Below, piece after piece: positions 1 to 9,118 of a stretch of DNA of 64,000 nt; the first letter of the stretch is position 1; each line of letters opens with the position of its first letter. The stretch comes from Bacteriovoracaceae bacterium (GTDB lineage Bacteria; Bdellovibrionota; Bacteriovoracia; Bacteriovoracales; Bacteriovoracaceae). The translations under genes were made by a program, and so were the position numbers. The stretch spans positions 1,408,146-1,472,145 of the forward strand of contig OZ244226.1 in assembly GCA_965217035.1 (NCBI GenBank). Reading direction: 5' to 3'. A model generated the notes under the pieces. That model ran no database searches. It saw only the letters and a list, made by a program, of their open reading frames with translations, and had not been told where the DNA came from.

Positions 1-1
1 A

Positions 2-958
2 CTCGTAAATTCGGAAATCAAAGCTGCAATACCCGTGAAAGACCAAATCATGAAAAAAGATGAAGCTGTCAAAGCTGGCGCCATGGCCCTTTTTGGTGAA
101 AAGTATGGTGATGATGTTCGAGTTGTTCAAATGGGAGGCTTCTCCACAGAACTTTGTGGTGGAACTCATGTTGAAAACACTTCAGAGATTTCTTTATTTA
201 AGATATACACAGAATCAGCTCTTGCAGCAGGCGTAAGAAGAATAATTGCCTATACCAGTGATAAAGCAAAATCTTATCAAGAAGAATTAAATGAAATTCT
301 CAAACAGGTCACATTGATTACAAACGCTAAAGCCAGCAAAAGAAAAGGAAATGAAGTAAGTGAACTTGCTAAACTTTTCAGCACGACACCAACTGCTATT
401 CCTACAAGGCTCACCGATACAATCAATGAACTCATGAATATTGAAAAAGAAAATAATAAATTAGAAAAAGAACTTGGAATTTCAATTTCTAAAAGCTTGG
501 TTGAAGAACTGAAAATGGATAATAATAAAGATGAAGTTCAAAAAGTTTCTGGATTTATCAAGCTTAAAAAAACTCTGAACAAGATTAATATTTCTTTGAA
601 AGATCAAAAGCGCTCCTCCCAGAGCGTGGATCTTTTCGTTGATCCGATCGGATTAAAATCCTGTCGCCTTTTTGTTACAAAAATAGATTCTTCACCAAAA
701 GAGCTGAGAAAAGTGTCAGATAACTTCATCGATAAATTTCCAAAAGATGTTCTTTTTCTTTATACACATACTGATGATAAATTTGCATTTATCTTGAGAA
801 CAAATAAATCCAATAAAGAAACTAACCTTTCAAAGCTAACGAAAGATATTTTTTCTAAAATCGAAGGTCGAGGAGGCGGAAAGCCAGATATGACTCAAGG
901 ATCGGCACAAATATCTGATTACGATACTTTTTTAAATCATTTAAAACAGGAATTATAA
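2..958 (+). CDS. alaS: Alanine--tRNA ligase, C-terminal part (5'-truncated by window edge)
   Basis: Frame is open from base 2 (LVNSEIKAAIPV...). Contains GAMALFGEKY, editing motif ELCGGTH, GVRRI and the C-Ala/DHHA1 motif GRGGGKPDMTQG. Confidence 0.97.
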   Translation, partial: LVNSEIKAAIPVKDQIMKKDEAVKAGAMALFGEKYGDDVRVVQMGGFSTELCGGTHVENTSEISLFKIYTESALAAGVRRIIAYTSDKAKSYQEELNEILKQVTLITNAKASKRKGNEVSELAKLFSTTPTAIPTRLTDTINELMNIEKENNKLEKELGISISKSLVEELKMDNNKDEVQKVSGFIKLKKTLNKINISLKDQKRSSQSVDLFVDPIGLKSCRLFVTKIDSSPKELRKVSDNFIDKFPKDVLFLYTHTDDKFAFILRTNKSNKETNLSKLTKDIFSKIEGRGGGKPDMTQGSAQISDYDTFLNHLKQEL

Positions 959-959
959 A

Positions 960-2612
960 TTGAAATACCTATTACTTTTATTCGTTCTATTCTCTTGTAC
1001 TAAATCAAATCAAAGTAATAAAAAAACAATTATTATGCCACTTGCGAGTGATATTTCCTCACTGGATCCCGCTGTCGCCTTTGACAGCGTTTCTTTAAAA
1101 GTTGTTTATCAAATTTACGAAACTCTCTATCAATATGATTATAATAACCAAAACCAGATCATCCCTCTGTTAGCGGAATCAATGCCTAAAGTCTCAGAAA
1201 ATCAACTTGTTTATACTTTTAAAATAAAAGAAGGAATCAAGTACCATCCAACAAAATGGATTAAAAACAAAAAACGTATTGTCATGGCGAAAGACTTTGT
1301 TAACCAAATCAAACGCCTTGCTTTCCTTCCCACCAAAGGCCAAGGTTTTTGGCTTTTTGATGGAAAAGTAAAAGGGATCAATGATTTCAGAAGTTCAGTT
1401 GGAAATGACCTAAAAAAGATGTTTGAAACTCCCATCGAAGGTATCAAGATCATCGATGATTTTACATTTAGTATTGAGTTGTTAAAACCATTCCCTCAAA
1501 TGATTTATGCTATGGCCATGGCCTTTGTTACTCCCATTCCAGAAGAAGTTATTTGGGGACTTGAAAATAACTTAACAAATTATGAAGTTGGAACGGGTCC
1601 TTATTACTTAGAAAAGCTTCAAAGATCTCACAAAATTAAGTTAAAAGCTTTCGATGATTATCATAATTCTCAATATCCTAAATCTGGGAACTTTGAATTC
1701 CCAATTATGAAAGAAGCCCAAACACGCTGGCTAAACTTTTTAAAAAATAAGATCGACTTCTTTCCGATGACGACAGAACATTTTGATGTAGCCCTCGATA
1801 AATTAGGAAATCTAAAAAAAGAATTTGGTGATCAAGGTTTTGTACTGAAAAAAACTCCGAGTATGACTTACTGGTGGATCTCTTTTAATATGAAAGACAA
1901 AATTCTTGGAAAAAACAAAAATCTTCGAATGGCCATTGCTCATGCCATTAATTTTCCAAAATTCATTGAAAAATTCACTAATAATACAGGAATTAAAGCA
2001 AATTCAATCTATCACCCCTCTGTTTTCGGATATGATAAAGATCATAAACTTCCTTATAGCTATAACCCAGAGAAGGCTAAGGAATTTCTAAAGCAAGCAG
2101 GTTTTCCTGATGGAAAAGGTCTTCCTGTTTTTAATTTTGATACCAGAAGTAACGATAACTCTACTCTCAACAAGGCTGAGTTTATCAAAGTTGAACTTGA
2201 AAAAATTGGAATTAAAATAAAAATTGTCGCAAATAATTTTCCAACGTTTCTTCAAAAAGCTCAAAAAGGTGAACTTCAGTTTTGGCAAGATGGATGGGCA
2301 CTAGATTATCCAGATAGTGAAAATATTCTTCAACTTCTTTATTCAGAAAATCATCCTCCCGGAATCAATGCTTCTTATTATAAAAATGCAGATGTTGATA
2401 AATTGATTTCACAGGTTTCAATTCTTGAAAATGGACTGGAAAAAAAAATGCTTATGAAAGAAATTGAGCAAAAGGTTCTTGATGATGTCGTTTGGATTAT
2501 GCAGTTTTATTCACAAACTTATATCCTTCACCACAGCAAGATTCATAATTATAAACCGTCTTCTTTAGTCAACAATGCTATGAAATACTATGAGATTAAG
2601 AACTCTAAATAG
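960..2612 (+). CDS. ABC transporter substrate-binding lipoprotein, family 5 (OppA/DppA-like)
   Basis: Lipobox LFSC. SLDPA, IYETLYQY, PLLAESMP, GTGPY, LRMAIAHAIN and GWALDYPD are typical SBP family 5 motifs. Confidence 0.92.
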   Translation: MKYLLLLFVLFSCTKSNQSNKKTIIMPLASDISSLDPAVAFDSVSLKVVYQIYETLYQYDYNNQNQIIPLLAESMPKVSENQLVYTFKIKEGIKYHPTKWIKNKKRIVMAKDFVNQIKRLAFLPTKGQGFWLFDGKVKGINDFRSSVGNDLKKMFETPIEGIKIIDDFTFSIELLKPFPQMIYAMAMAFVTPIPEEVIWGLENNLTNYEVGTGPYYLEKLQRSHKIKLKAFDDYHNSQYPKSGNFEFPIMKEAQTRWLNFLKNKIDFFPMTTEHFDVALDKLGNLKKEFGDQGFVLKKTPSMTYWWISFNMKDKILGKNKNLRMAIAHAINFPKFIEKFTNNTGIKANSIYHPSVFGYDKDHKLPYSYNPEKAKEFLKQAGFPDGKGLPVFNFDTRSNDNSTLNKAEFIKVELEKIGIKIKIVANNFPTFLQKAQKGELQFWQDGWALDYPDSENILQLLYSENHPPGINASYYKNADVDKLISQVSILENGLEKKMLMKEIEQKVLDDVVWIMQFYSQTYILHHSKIHNYKPSSLVNNAMKYYEIKNSK

Positions 2613-2638
2613 CTATTATCACTTATAGGCGGCAATAA

Positions 2639-2667
2639 TTACCCTCTTATTTAGAGGGTAAGATTTT
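2639..2667 (+). terminator. Candidate intrinsic terminator after alaS-SBP
   Basis: Perfect 9-bp inverted repeat TTACCCTCT-tattt-AGAGGGTAA (2639-2661) followed by gATTTT. Confidence 0.5.
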
Positions 2668-2686
2668 CCGCTTAAATGTCCGATTA
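2659..2686 (+). promoter_or_regulatory. Sigma28/FliA-like promoter candidate
   Basis: TAAG-N16-TCCGATTA about 30 bp upstream of the ATG at 2717. Resembles TAAA-N15-GCCGATAA with spacing 1 nt off. Confidence 0.4.
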
Positions 2687-2716
2687 GTTTTATAGCAAAT
2701 GAGTAAGGAGTCCTGC

Positions 2717-3106
2717 ATGAAAACTCTTTTAATCGCTATAACATTATTTTCAACATCTGTTATGGCTGAAAACTTTATGATTTATAGTATTTCCCAAGAA
2801 TTCCCAATGGGAATTGAAAATGAAATCTTGAAAAAAAACTACTATGTTAATATGGGAAGTTCACAAGGACTCCAACCAGGAACAGAACTGTCAGTTTATC
2901 GTTTAATTTCCAGAACAAATCCTTTTAGTAAAAAGCGCCAGGAAAGGATTAACTATAAAGTAAAAATCGGGCAGATTAAGGTCATCCATTCCGAAAAAGA
3001 TCATGCGATTGCTCAATTATCGGCTAATAATGCTGATAAACTACCGACATTCTTTGAAGTTAACTCTCTTATGATTGGTGATCATGTTGACGTAAAAATC
3101 GATTAA
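2717..3106 (+). CDS. Secreted hypothetical protein with a FlgT C-terminal-like beta domain
   Basis: AAGGAG SD before ATG 2717. Signal peptide MKTLLIAITLFSTSVMA. YYVNMGSSQGLQPGTELSVYR resembles the FlgT_C-type 'yinlGxxxGlxxGxxlxVyr' pattern. Confidence 0.7.
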   Translation: MKTLLIAITLFSTSVMAENFMIYSISQEFPMGIENEILKKNYYVNMGSSQGLQPGTELSVYRLISRTNPFSKKRQERINYKVKIGQIKVIHSEKDHAIAQLSANNADKLPTFFEVNSLMIGDHVDVKID

Positions 3107-3342
3107 AGATCTATTTTAAGATCATCAAGGCATCGTATTTTTTGAGCTTTTCCCCAAAGCACTCCATTTCTGATCATCTCCACTCCTAACCAAATTATAT
3201 AATCAGAGCCAATAAACAACTTCTTTGAGGTTCTTAAATGAATCAACTTAATAACCTCTCCCTCCAAACAGCCTCTAAAATGAAGCTCATAATAATTATC
3301 ATGTTTTCTCAAGCAACGAGAAACAAGCACAACAGTTTTCAT
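3103..3342 (-). CDS. Small hypothetical protein (79 aa)
   Basis: ORF with a GAGGG SD-like sequence upstream. Fills the gap and shares a TTAA stop overlap with the convergent gene. Confidence 0.65.
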   Translation of the reverse strand: MKTVVLVSRCLRKHDNYYELHFRGCLEGEVIKLIHLRTSKKLFIGSDYIIWLGVEMIRNGVLWGKAQKIRCLDDLKIDL

Positions 3343-3373
3343 CTCAACCCTCTTTGCAAGGACTAAACTGAGA

Positions 3374-3402
3374 TAAATCGGCTAAATGACCGAGATTTCT
3401 TG
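3374..3402 (-). promoter_or_regulatory. Sigma28/FliA-like promoter candidate for the 79-aa gene
   Basis: Minus strand reads TCAAG-N16-GCCGATTT. It overlaps a perfect TTGACA (3400-3405, + strand) upstream of rpoZ. Confidence 0.4.
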
Positions 3403-3467
3403 ACAAAAAAGGCTAAAAATTATTATTTATGAGTTCCTATAAAGAGAATTTTACGGAGCAACGCGCA

Positions 3468-3680
3468 ATGGCAAGAGTTACAATTGAAGACTGTTTAGAA
3501 AAAGTTGAAAACCGGTACGAACTGGTTCACTTAACAGCAAAAAGAGTTAAACAGTTGAAAGACGGTGATGATTCACAAGTACACAGCAAAAACAAAGAAG
3601 TTGTTACGGCCCTTAGAGAAATCGCTGCCGGTAAAGTTTCTCATGCAGTTGTTTCTGAATATGATTCAGACGAATTCTAG
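3468..3680 (+). CDS. rpoZ: RNA polymerase omega subunit
   Basis: MARVTIEDCLEKVENRYELV...KRVKQL...ALREIAAG. GGAG SD before ATG 3468. Confidence 0.96.
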   Translation: MARVTIEDCLEKVENRYELVHLTAKRVKQLKDGDDSQVHSKNKEVVTALREIAAGKVSHAVVSEYDSDEF

Positions 3681-3780
3681 CAAAGCCTCTATTCAAAATT
3701 AACCTAGCGGATAGCTAGGTAAAAAACTTCCTTTTAACTCTTTCGTTAAGATCAATTATATATAAAGACGAAAGAGTAAC

Positions 3781-4608
3781 ATGAGAAATATATCTCTATT
3801 AGTTATATCGTTCACTTGCTTTCTTTATATCTCAAATATTCTAGCCTGCACTCAAGTTACAAAAAAAATAGGAGAAGGAAAAAGCTTAAATAGTATTTCT
3901 GAAATTAGTAACGCACTAAAAGAGGGAAGCTCTAGATCTTATTATAAGTACAAAATTGAAAACAATTTCTTTGCAAGAATCTTAAAAGGAAGTCAGGCTA
4001 AACACTTTGAACAAATGTCGGATGACATAAACAGAAAAATTGTTTTTTTTATGGATAGCTCTGGAATTCAAACAATTATCAATGCAAAAAACCATAAAGA
4101 AGCCTTAAAGATAATTGGTTATCCTGAGGATTATATCAGGACTCTTATTGGAAATGGAAACAACTTCAAAATTATAGTTTTTAAAGATCATAAAAATTTA
4201 TTTGCGGCGACATGGGATGATATTCCTCAATTTATAAAAAATCTTCAAGAAACTGAAGAATATAGGTTGGCAGCTAGCATGGTTGAACAACAACTCCCTA
4301 ATTTGAAAAAGATGACCTTTGATGAAATTCAAGAAATGACACCTTTTAATATCAGTGAAGTATTCAAAAGAGGGAGATCTAATCCAGATTTCATGAGTCT
4401 AGAAAGATATATTCAGACTGAAGGAAATATTTGGGAAACAAGAGCCTTTTTGTTTCATGAGGGAAATTTAAACTCCTTATTCGCAGGAAATGGAAAAACC
4501 ATGTTAGAAGATGGTTCAGATGGGATTAATGAGTTTATTGGTACTAATTTCAATATTAACGAATTAAACTCTGATTCCTTCGAAATCATAGATCTTCTTA
4601 TAGAATAA
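3781..4608 (+). CDS. Secreted hypothetical protein (275 aa)
   Basis: N-terminal hydrophobic signal and a long clean ORF. No family confidently recognised (see findings). Confidence 0.8.
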   Translation: MRNISLLVISFTCFLYISNILACTQVTKKIGEGKSLNSISEISNALKEGSSRSYYKYKIENNFFARILKGSQAKHFEQMSDDINRKIVFFMDSSGIQTIINAKNHKEALKIIGYPEDYIRTLIGNGNNFKIIVFKDHKNLFAATWDDIPQFIKNLQETEEYRLAASMVEQQLPNLKKMTFDEIQEMTPFNISEVFKRGRSNPDFMSLERYIQTEGNIWETRAFLFHEGNLNSLFAGNGKTMLEDGSDGINEFIGTNFNINELNSDSFEIIDLLIE

Positions 4609-4721
4609 TCTCTTTAAACCTCTTACCTTTTTACAGGCTATCCTCATCTAGATTGATTCCTATCTAAACAGCCCATAGAATATTTGAAACACTTGTTAGC
4701 ATCTTTACTAAGGATTAAACC

Positions 4722-5162
4722 TTGAAGACAGTCATTTTTTTATCTTTCTTCTTATTAGCCTTTAATGCTTCCTCTTCGGATCTAACAAGGACGATCTACT
4801 TTAAGTGTACAAACGAAGAAGGAATTCCAGCCTCCTATATGGGCTTTCAGTGGACTTACGGACCTAAGAATCAAGATCTTAAAGGTTGTTTTGCAAGCCC
4901 TTCCAGAGTTGAAGGAACTTATCCTATCCATAGTCTTGATTTCTCTTATGGCACTGAACTCAATGTAACATTTGGGAAAGAAAAACCACTCTTTTATATG
5001 CAGTTTTATGAATGGGAAGAGATGATGAAAGAAGTTATAGATGAAAGTGATTTCTATATTCACTCCTATCTAAAAGACTTTAAAAGCGTCCATTCAACTT
5101 GTGAAGCTGTTTATGAAGAAAACGGAGATCTTATTCCTGAAATGGCTAATTGCTTTCAGTAA
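4722..5162 (+). CDS. Small secreted hypothetical protein (146 aa, 4 Cys)
   Basis: AAGGA SD, TTG start, signal peptide MKTVIFLSFFLLAFNASS. Confidence 0.75.
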   Translation: MKTVIFLSFFLLAFNASSSDLTRTIYFKCTNEEGIPASYMGFQWTYGPKNQDLKGCFASPSRVEGTYPIHSLDFSYGTELNVTFGKEKPLFYMQFYEWEEMMKEVIDESDFYIHSYLKDFKSVHSTCEAVYEENGDLIPEMANCFQ

Positions 5163-5169
5163 GTCTCTT

Positions 5170-7713
5170 TTATCTTTTTGCTTTAAAAGCAACATTCAAA
5201 ACTTCATCAAAGCTCTTTACAGGGTAAAATTTTAATCCTTTCCTATGACGTTCAGGAACTTCCTTAAGGTCTTTTTCGTTATCACTTGGAAGAATAATTT
5301 CTTTAATTCCTGCTCTTTTAGCAGCTAAAACTTTTTCTTTAATTCCACCAACAGGAAGAACACGTCCGGTAAGACTTAATTCTCCAGTCATAGCAAGCGT
5401 ACCACGGATCTTTTTATTATTAGCAAGACTATAAAGAGCTAAGGCCATTGTAATCCCAGCGCTTGGGCCATCTTTCGGAGTTGCTCCAGCAGGTAAATGT
5501 AGATGAACCTCATGATTAGCTAAAAAGTCGGCACCATCCTCATTTTCTGCTTCAACCTTTTTCTTAGAAGGCTTTTTCTTTGGTTCTTCATCTTGAAGCA
5601 TCGACTTCACATAACTATAAGCAAGTGTTGCTGATTCGTTCATAACATCACCAAGCTGCCCCGTTAGCTTAAACCCTTTCCCCATTAATGGAATTGATTC
5701 AACTTGAAGAATATCACCACCGTAAGCAGTCCAAGCTAAACCAGTGACAACTCCCGGTTTCATTGCCTTCTCAAGCTTATCACTAGCAAAACGTTGAGGT
5801 CCTAAGAGTTTCTCAAGTTCCTTAAGTTCTGGGTTGAACTTCTTAGCCCGCCCTTTCTTTTTTACTTTTTGAAGAACTGCAATACGACAAAGTTTCGCAA
5901 TAAACTGCTCTAGTGTTCTAACTCCTGGTTCCCTTGCGTAATCTTGAATGAGTTTAGTTAATACTGTTTTTTTCAAAGAAAAATCAGTAGTCTTAAGACC
6001 ATGCTTCTTTAATTGTTTTGGTATTACCCATTTCGTAGCAATCGTTTGCTTTTCTTCTAATGTATAACCACTTAATTCAATAAGTTCCATTCTATCTAAT
6101 AATGGCTCTGGAATTTCTCCAATATAGTTTGCCGTAGCAATAAAAAGAACCTTTGAAAGGTCAAAAGGAATATCAAGGTAATTATCAATAAAGGTTTTGT
6201 TTTGTTCAGGGTCTAAAACCTCTAAAAGTGCCGATGATGGATCTCCTTGATAAGAACTTCCTAATTTATCAATCTCATCTAGCATGATAACTGGATTATT
6301 AACTTGAACTCGCTTAAGAGCTTGTAGGAGTTTCCCTGGCATGGCTCCGACATAAGTTTTTCTATGCCCCTTAATCTCTGCCTCGTCTCTCATTCCACCA
6401 AGACTGAACCGATAAAACTTTCGACCAAGTGCTTTCGCTATACTATTTCCCAATGAGGTTTTACCAACCCCTGGAGGACCAGCAAAACAAAGAATTGTTC
6501 CGTCATAATCAGATTTGAGCTTTCTCACCGCTAAAAATTCAAGAATTCTTTCTTTCGGCTTTTCAAGACCATAATGATCTTTTTCAAGAATCTTCTCAGC
6601 TTCAGGTATATCAATTTCTTTTTCTGTGCTCTTGTTCCAAGGTAGTTCTGTAAGCCAGCTCAGATAAGTTCGCGAAACTGTATATTCCGGAGAAGATTCA
6701 GGAATTGATTGAAGTCTATCTAGTTCATCATAAGCTGCTTTTTTAGCATCTTCTGGCATATTCGCTTCGTCGATCGCATCTTTAAATTTCTTAAGGTCCC
6801 TCGATTTATCGTCATCATCGAGACCTAACTCACTTCGAATAATCTTCAACTGTTCTTTGAGATAATATTCGCGCTGGTATTTATTAACTTTGTCGTTAAC
6901 TTCGTCTGTGATTTTCTTTTGAATATCAGAAACATCTTGTTCACGTTTTAAATAAACAAGTAATTTTGCAAACCTTTTCTTAACAACAAGAGTTTCTAAG
7001 AAGTCTTGAGCCTCAGGTACATCAAGAGAAAGAGCAAAGGCGACTAAGTCAGCTAATGAACCTGGTGATGGAGAATTGAGCATAGCCAACTTCATCTCTT
7101 CATTAAAATAGGGATTAATCTCACTAAGTTTCTTAACTTGATTTATTACAGACCTTGTATAGGCATCAAGCTCTTCATCTTGATTTAATACATCTTCAAA
7201 GACTTCAATTCGAGATCTTAAAAGTGGACTCTCTTGAGTAAATTCAAGTGCTCTGTATCTTTTTAATCCATGAACGAGTAGGTTTACAGAGCCATCTGGT
7301 AATTTTAACTTCTTAACAACTTTGCAAAGTATACCGACACGATACAGATCGTTCCCTTTAATCGGGACAGATTCCATATCTTCTTCATCGATTTCTTCTT
7401 CAAAAACATCTTCAGAAAAATTCAAATCAGGAGAAAACCCTTCACTTACAGATTCTTCAACCTCTTCCTCTTCGTATTCGTCTTCTTCCCCTTCTCTAAA
7501 CTTAATCAGATTTAGGGCCACATAACTATTTTTCGCAATATAATCATCCAATTCTGGTGTAAATTTATTTTGCGACATCACGATCGGTGCAATCATCCCT
7601 GGAAAGATCGGACTGTTTAATATTGGAATAACAACGACTTCCTCTGGAAGCTTACCTTTAATACCATTATCACCACTAATCTTCATGGTGACAGTGTTTT
7701 CATTTTCACCCAT
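5170..7713 (-). CDS. lon: ATP-dependent Lon protease (LonA)
   Basis: Walker A GPPGVGKT, Walker [23 protein letters not shown], catalytic Ser PKDGPSAG and Lys GGIKEK. Confidence 0.98.
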   Translation of the reverse strand: MGENENTVTMKISGDNGIKGKLPEEVVVIPILNSPIFPGMIAPIVMSQNKFTPELDDYIAKNSYVALNLIKFREGEEDEYEEEEVEESVSEGFSPDLNFSEDVFEEEIDEEDMESVPIKGNDLYRVGILCKVVKKLKLPDGSVNLLVHGLKRYRALEFTQESPLLRSRIEVFEDVLNQDEELDAYTRSVINQVKKLSEINPYFNEEMKLAMLNSPSPGSLADLVAFALSLDVPEAQDFLETLVVKKRFAKLLVYLKREQDVSDIQKKITDEVNDKVNKYQREYYLKEQLKIIRSELGLDDDDKSRDLKKFKDAIDEANMPEDAKKAAYDELDRLQSIPESSPEYTVSRTYLSWLTELPWNKSTEKEIDIPEAEKILEKDHYGLEKPKERILEFLAVRKLKSDYDGTILCFAGPPGVGKTSLGNSIAKALGRKFYRFSLGGMRDEAEIKGHRKTYVGAMPGKLLQALKRVQVNNPVIMLDEIDKLGSSYQGDPSSALLEVLDPEQNKTFIDNYLDIPFDLSKVLFIATANYIGEIPEPLLDRMELIELSGYTLEEKQTIATKWVIPKQLKKHGLKTTDFSLKKTVLTKLIQDYAREPGVRTLEQFIAKLCRIAVLQKVKKKGRAKKFNPELKELEKLLGPQRFASDKLEKAMKPGVVTGLAWTAYGGDILQVESIPLMGKGFKLTGQLGDVMNESATLAYSYVKSMLQDEEPKKKPSKKKVEAENEDGADFLANHEVHLHLPAGATPKDGPSAGITMALALYSLANNKKIRGTLAMTGELSLTGRVLPVGGIKEKVLAAKRAGIKEIILPSDNEKDLKEVPERHRKGLKFYPVKSFDEVLNVAFKAKR

Positions 7714-7733
7714 AGCTTAACTTCTTTTTTTAA

Positions 7734-8204
7734 TTATTTTCTAACGTCAATAACAAGACGCCCCGGAGAATTGAGATAAAAAATATCAAAACCATATTTC
7801 TCATTAAAACTCAGTTCAAGGGAAGTATTAGATTTATCTAACGAAAAGATATCAATTGATTTTAAAAACTTTCCAGATACACCCGGATTCATACTTTTAT
7901 CAGGCGAAGCATCAATGAGATCTAAAAAAAGTTTTCCTGTTTTTTCATCAATATGGCCATAGATGCTTGGAATATTTGGAGTTGAAAAATCGACAACATA
8001 TCTTTCATACCCCTTCTTTTTTGAAAAGAAACTTCGGATTGATTTTACCTTTGTATTTTTCATTGTTGATTTCCAAAAGAAAACTCCTGAATCACTATAA
8101 ACAGAAGCTTTTTTAGAACTTAGTTTTAATGTTCTTTGCTCTAAAAGTGAATTTCCATAAACATTAAAGCTAGAAATCAAAAAAGCGAGAAAAAGGGGTT
8201 TCAA
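7734..8204 (-). CDS. Secreted AMIN-like domain protein
   Basis: Signal peptide. YERYVVDF and LNSPGRLVIDV resemble AMIN-domain strands. Confidence 0.7.
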   Translation of the reverse strand: MKPLFLAFLISSFNVYGNSLLEQRTLKLSSKKASVYSDSGVFFWKSTMKNTKVKSIRSFFSKKKGYERYVVDFSTPNIPSIYGHIDEKTGKLFLDLIDASPDKSMNPGVSGKFLKSIDIFSLDKSNTSLELSFNEKYGFDIFYLNSPGRLVIDVRK

Positions 8205-8237
8205 TTCAATCTCCTAGTAACCGTCAATCTCTCGTTT

Positions 8238-8266
8238 ATTGTAACGAAATTAGATTCTTTAGCCAA
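8238..8266 (-). promoter_or_regulatory. Sigma70-type promoter candidate for AMIN-like gene and lon
   Basis: Minus strand TTGGCT-N17-TACAAT. Confidence 0.45.
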
Positions 8267-8315
8267 AAAGATAAAAATTAATTTTTCTTAAAATAGTGTC
8301 TTCGAAATAGTCAAC

Positions 8316-9062
8316 TTAACCGTTTTTCCACATCAATCTTGCGGCGCCCCCAACAACTGCCAGCAAGAGAACAAGCCAAAAGACAGAAACAGGTTTTTCA
8401 CTATTCTCAACGGGTGAAACAGCGGGAGAACGGCTACTATGACGAGTTAACGAAGGTTCGACTGAAGCAATTCCCCTAGCCAGATTTTCATTTTTTTGAT
8501 CTAAATCCGTTGTCATAAGGCTTTTTTCTAAAAAACTTTTATTCACAAATTCGTTATTTTCCCACCACTTCATCGGGACATTTTTGACAGAGATAACAAG
8601 TTTATAAAAGCTAGCAAGAGTGATCTCTCCACCATCTTTATTTCGCTTTATAAGACTCGAGACAAGGTACTTCTTACCACCGACCCACTGAACACTGTAT
8701 TTGCCTAAACCTTCTCTATACAGCCAATATCGACCTTTATTCTTTTTCAAGAATACAACCAGCTCTTCACCAGCAACAAAGTTTAAACCTTTTTCAGATT
8801 CAACCTCGTAATCTTTTTTAGTAATTGGAAAATAGACTTTCATCAAAGAATCTTGGATTTCTTCAGGCTTAACACCTGTAGCCTCAAGAACTTTGAAGTA
8901 AATAAAAGATTGCTTTGAACCTAACTCAATATCAAGGACCTTGCCGCGTACGACTGCATCAGAGTTTTTTGTCATTTTATTAAAAACTCGAGACTGTATG
9001 ATTTGATCAAGAGCAACGAGGTTAAAAGAAAGAATAACCAAGGAAAATAGTAAGTTTTTCAT
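8316..9062 (-). CDS. Exported hypothetical protein with C-terminal membrane anchor
   Basis: Signal peptide, SDAVVRGKV beta-domain start, Ser/Pro-rich linker and C-terminal hydrophobic helix with basic end. GGAGG SD. Confidence 0.8.
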   Translation of the reverse strand: MKNLLFSLVILSFNLVALDQIIQSRVFNKMTKNSDAVVRGKVLDIELGSKQSFIYFKVLEATGVKPEEIQDSLMKVYFPITKKDYEVESEKGLNFVAGEELVVFLKKNKGRYWLYREGLGKYSVQWVGGKKYLVSSLIKRNKDGGEITLASFYKLVISVKNVPMKWWENNEFVNKSFLEKSLMTTDLDQKNENLARGIASVEPSLTRHSSRSPAVSPVENSEKPVSVFWLVLLLAVVGGAARLMWKNG

Positions 9063-9077
9063 CTGCCCTCCAATTTT

Positions 9078-9105
9078 TCTATCGGTAGAAACTTTGAAGA
9101 ACTTA
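9078..9105 (-). promoter_or_regulatory. Sigma28/FliA-like promoter candidate
   Basis: Minus strand TAAG-N15-ACCGATAG just upstream of the GGAGG SD of the 248-aa gene. Confidence 0.45.
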
Positions 9106-9118
9106 AAAACGAACTTCT

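Noticed and set aside
3702..3726. Hairpin ACCTAGC/GCTAGGT after rpoZ as an intrinsic terminator
   Set aside because: Followed by A6 rather than a T-tract on the rpoZ strand. It may stabilise the 3' end, but the terminator call is unsupported.
7322..7525. Poly-Ser ORF antisense to lon
   Set aside because: Mirror of the GAA/GAG-rich acidic insert on the coding strand.
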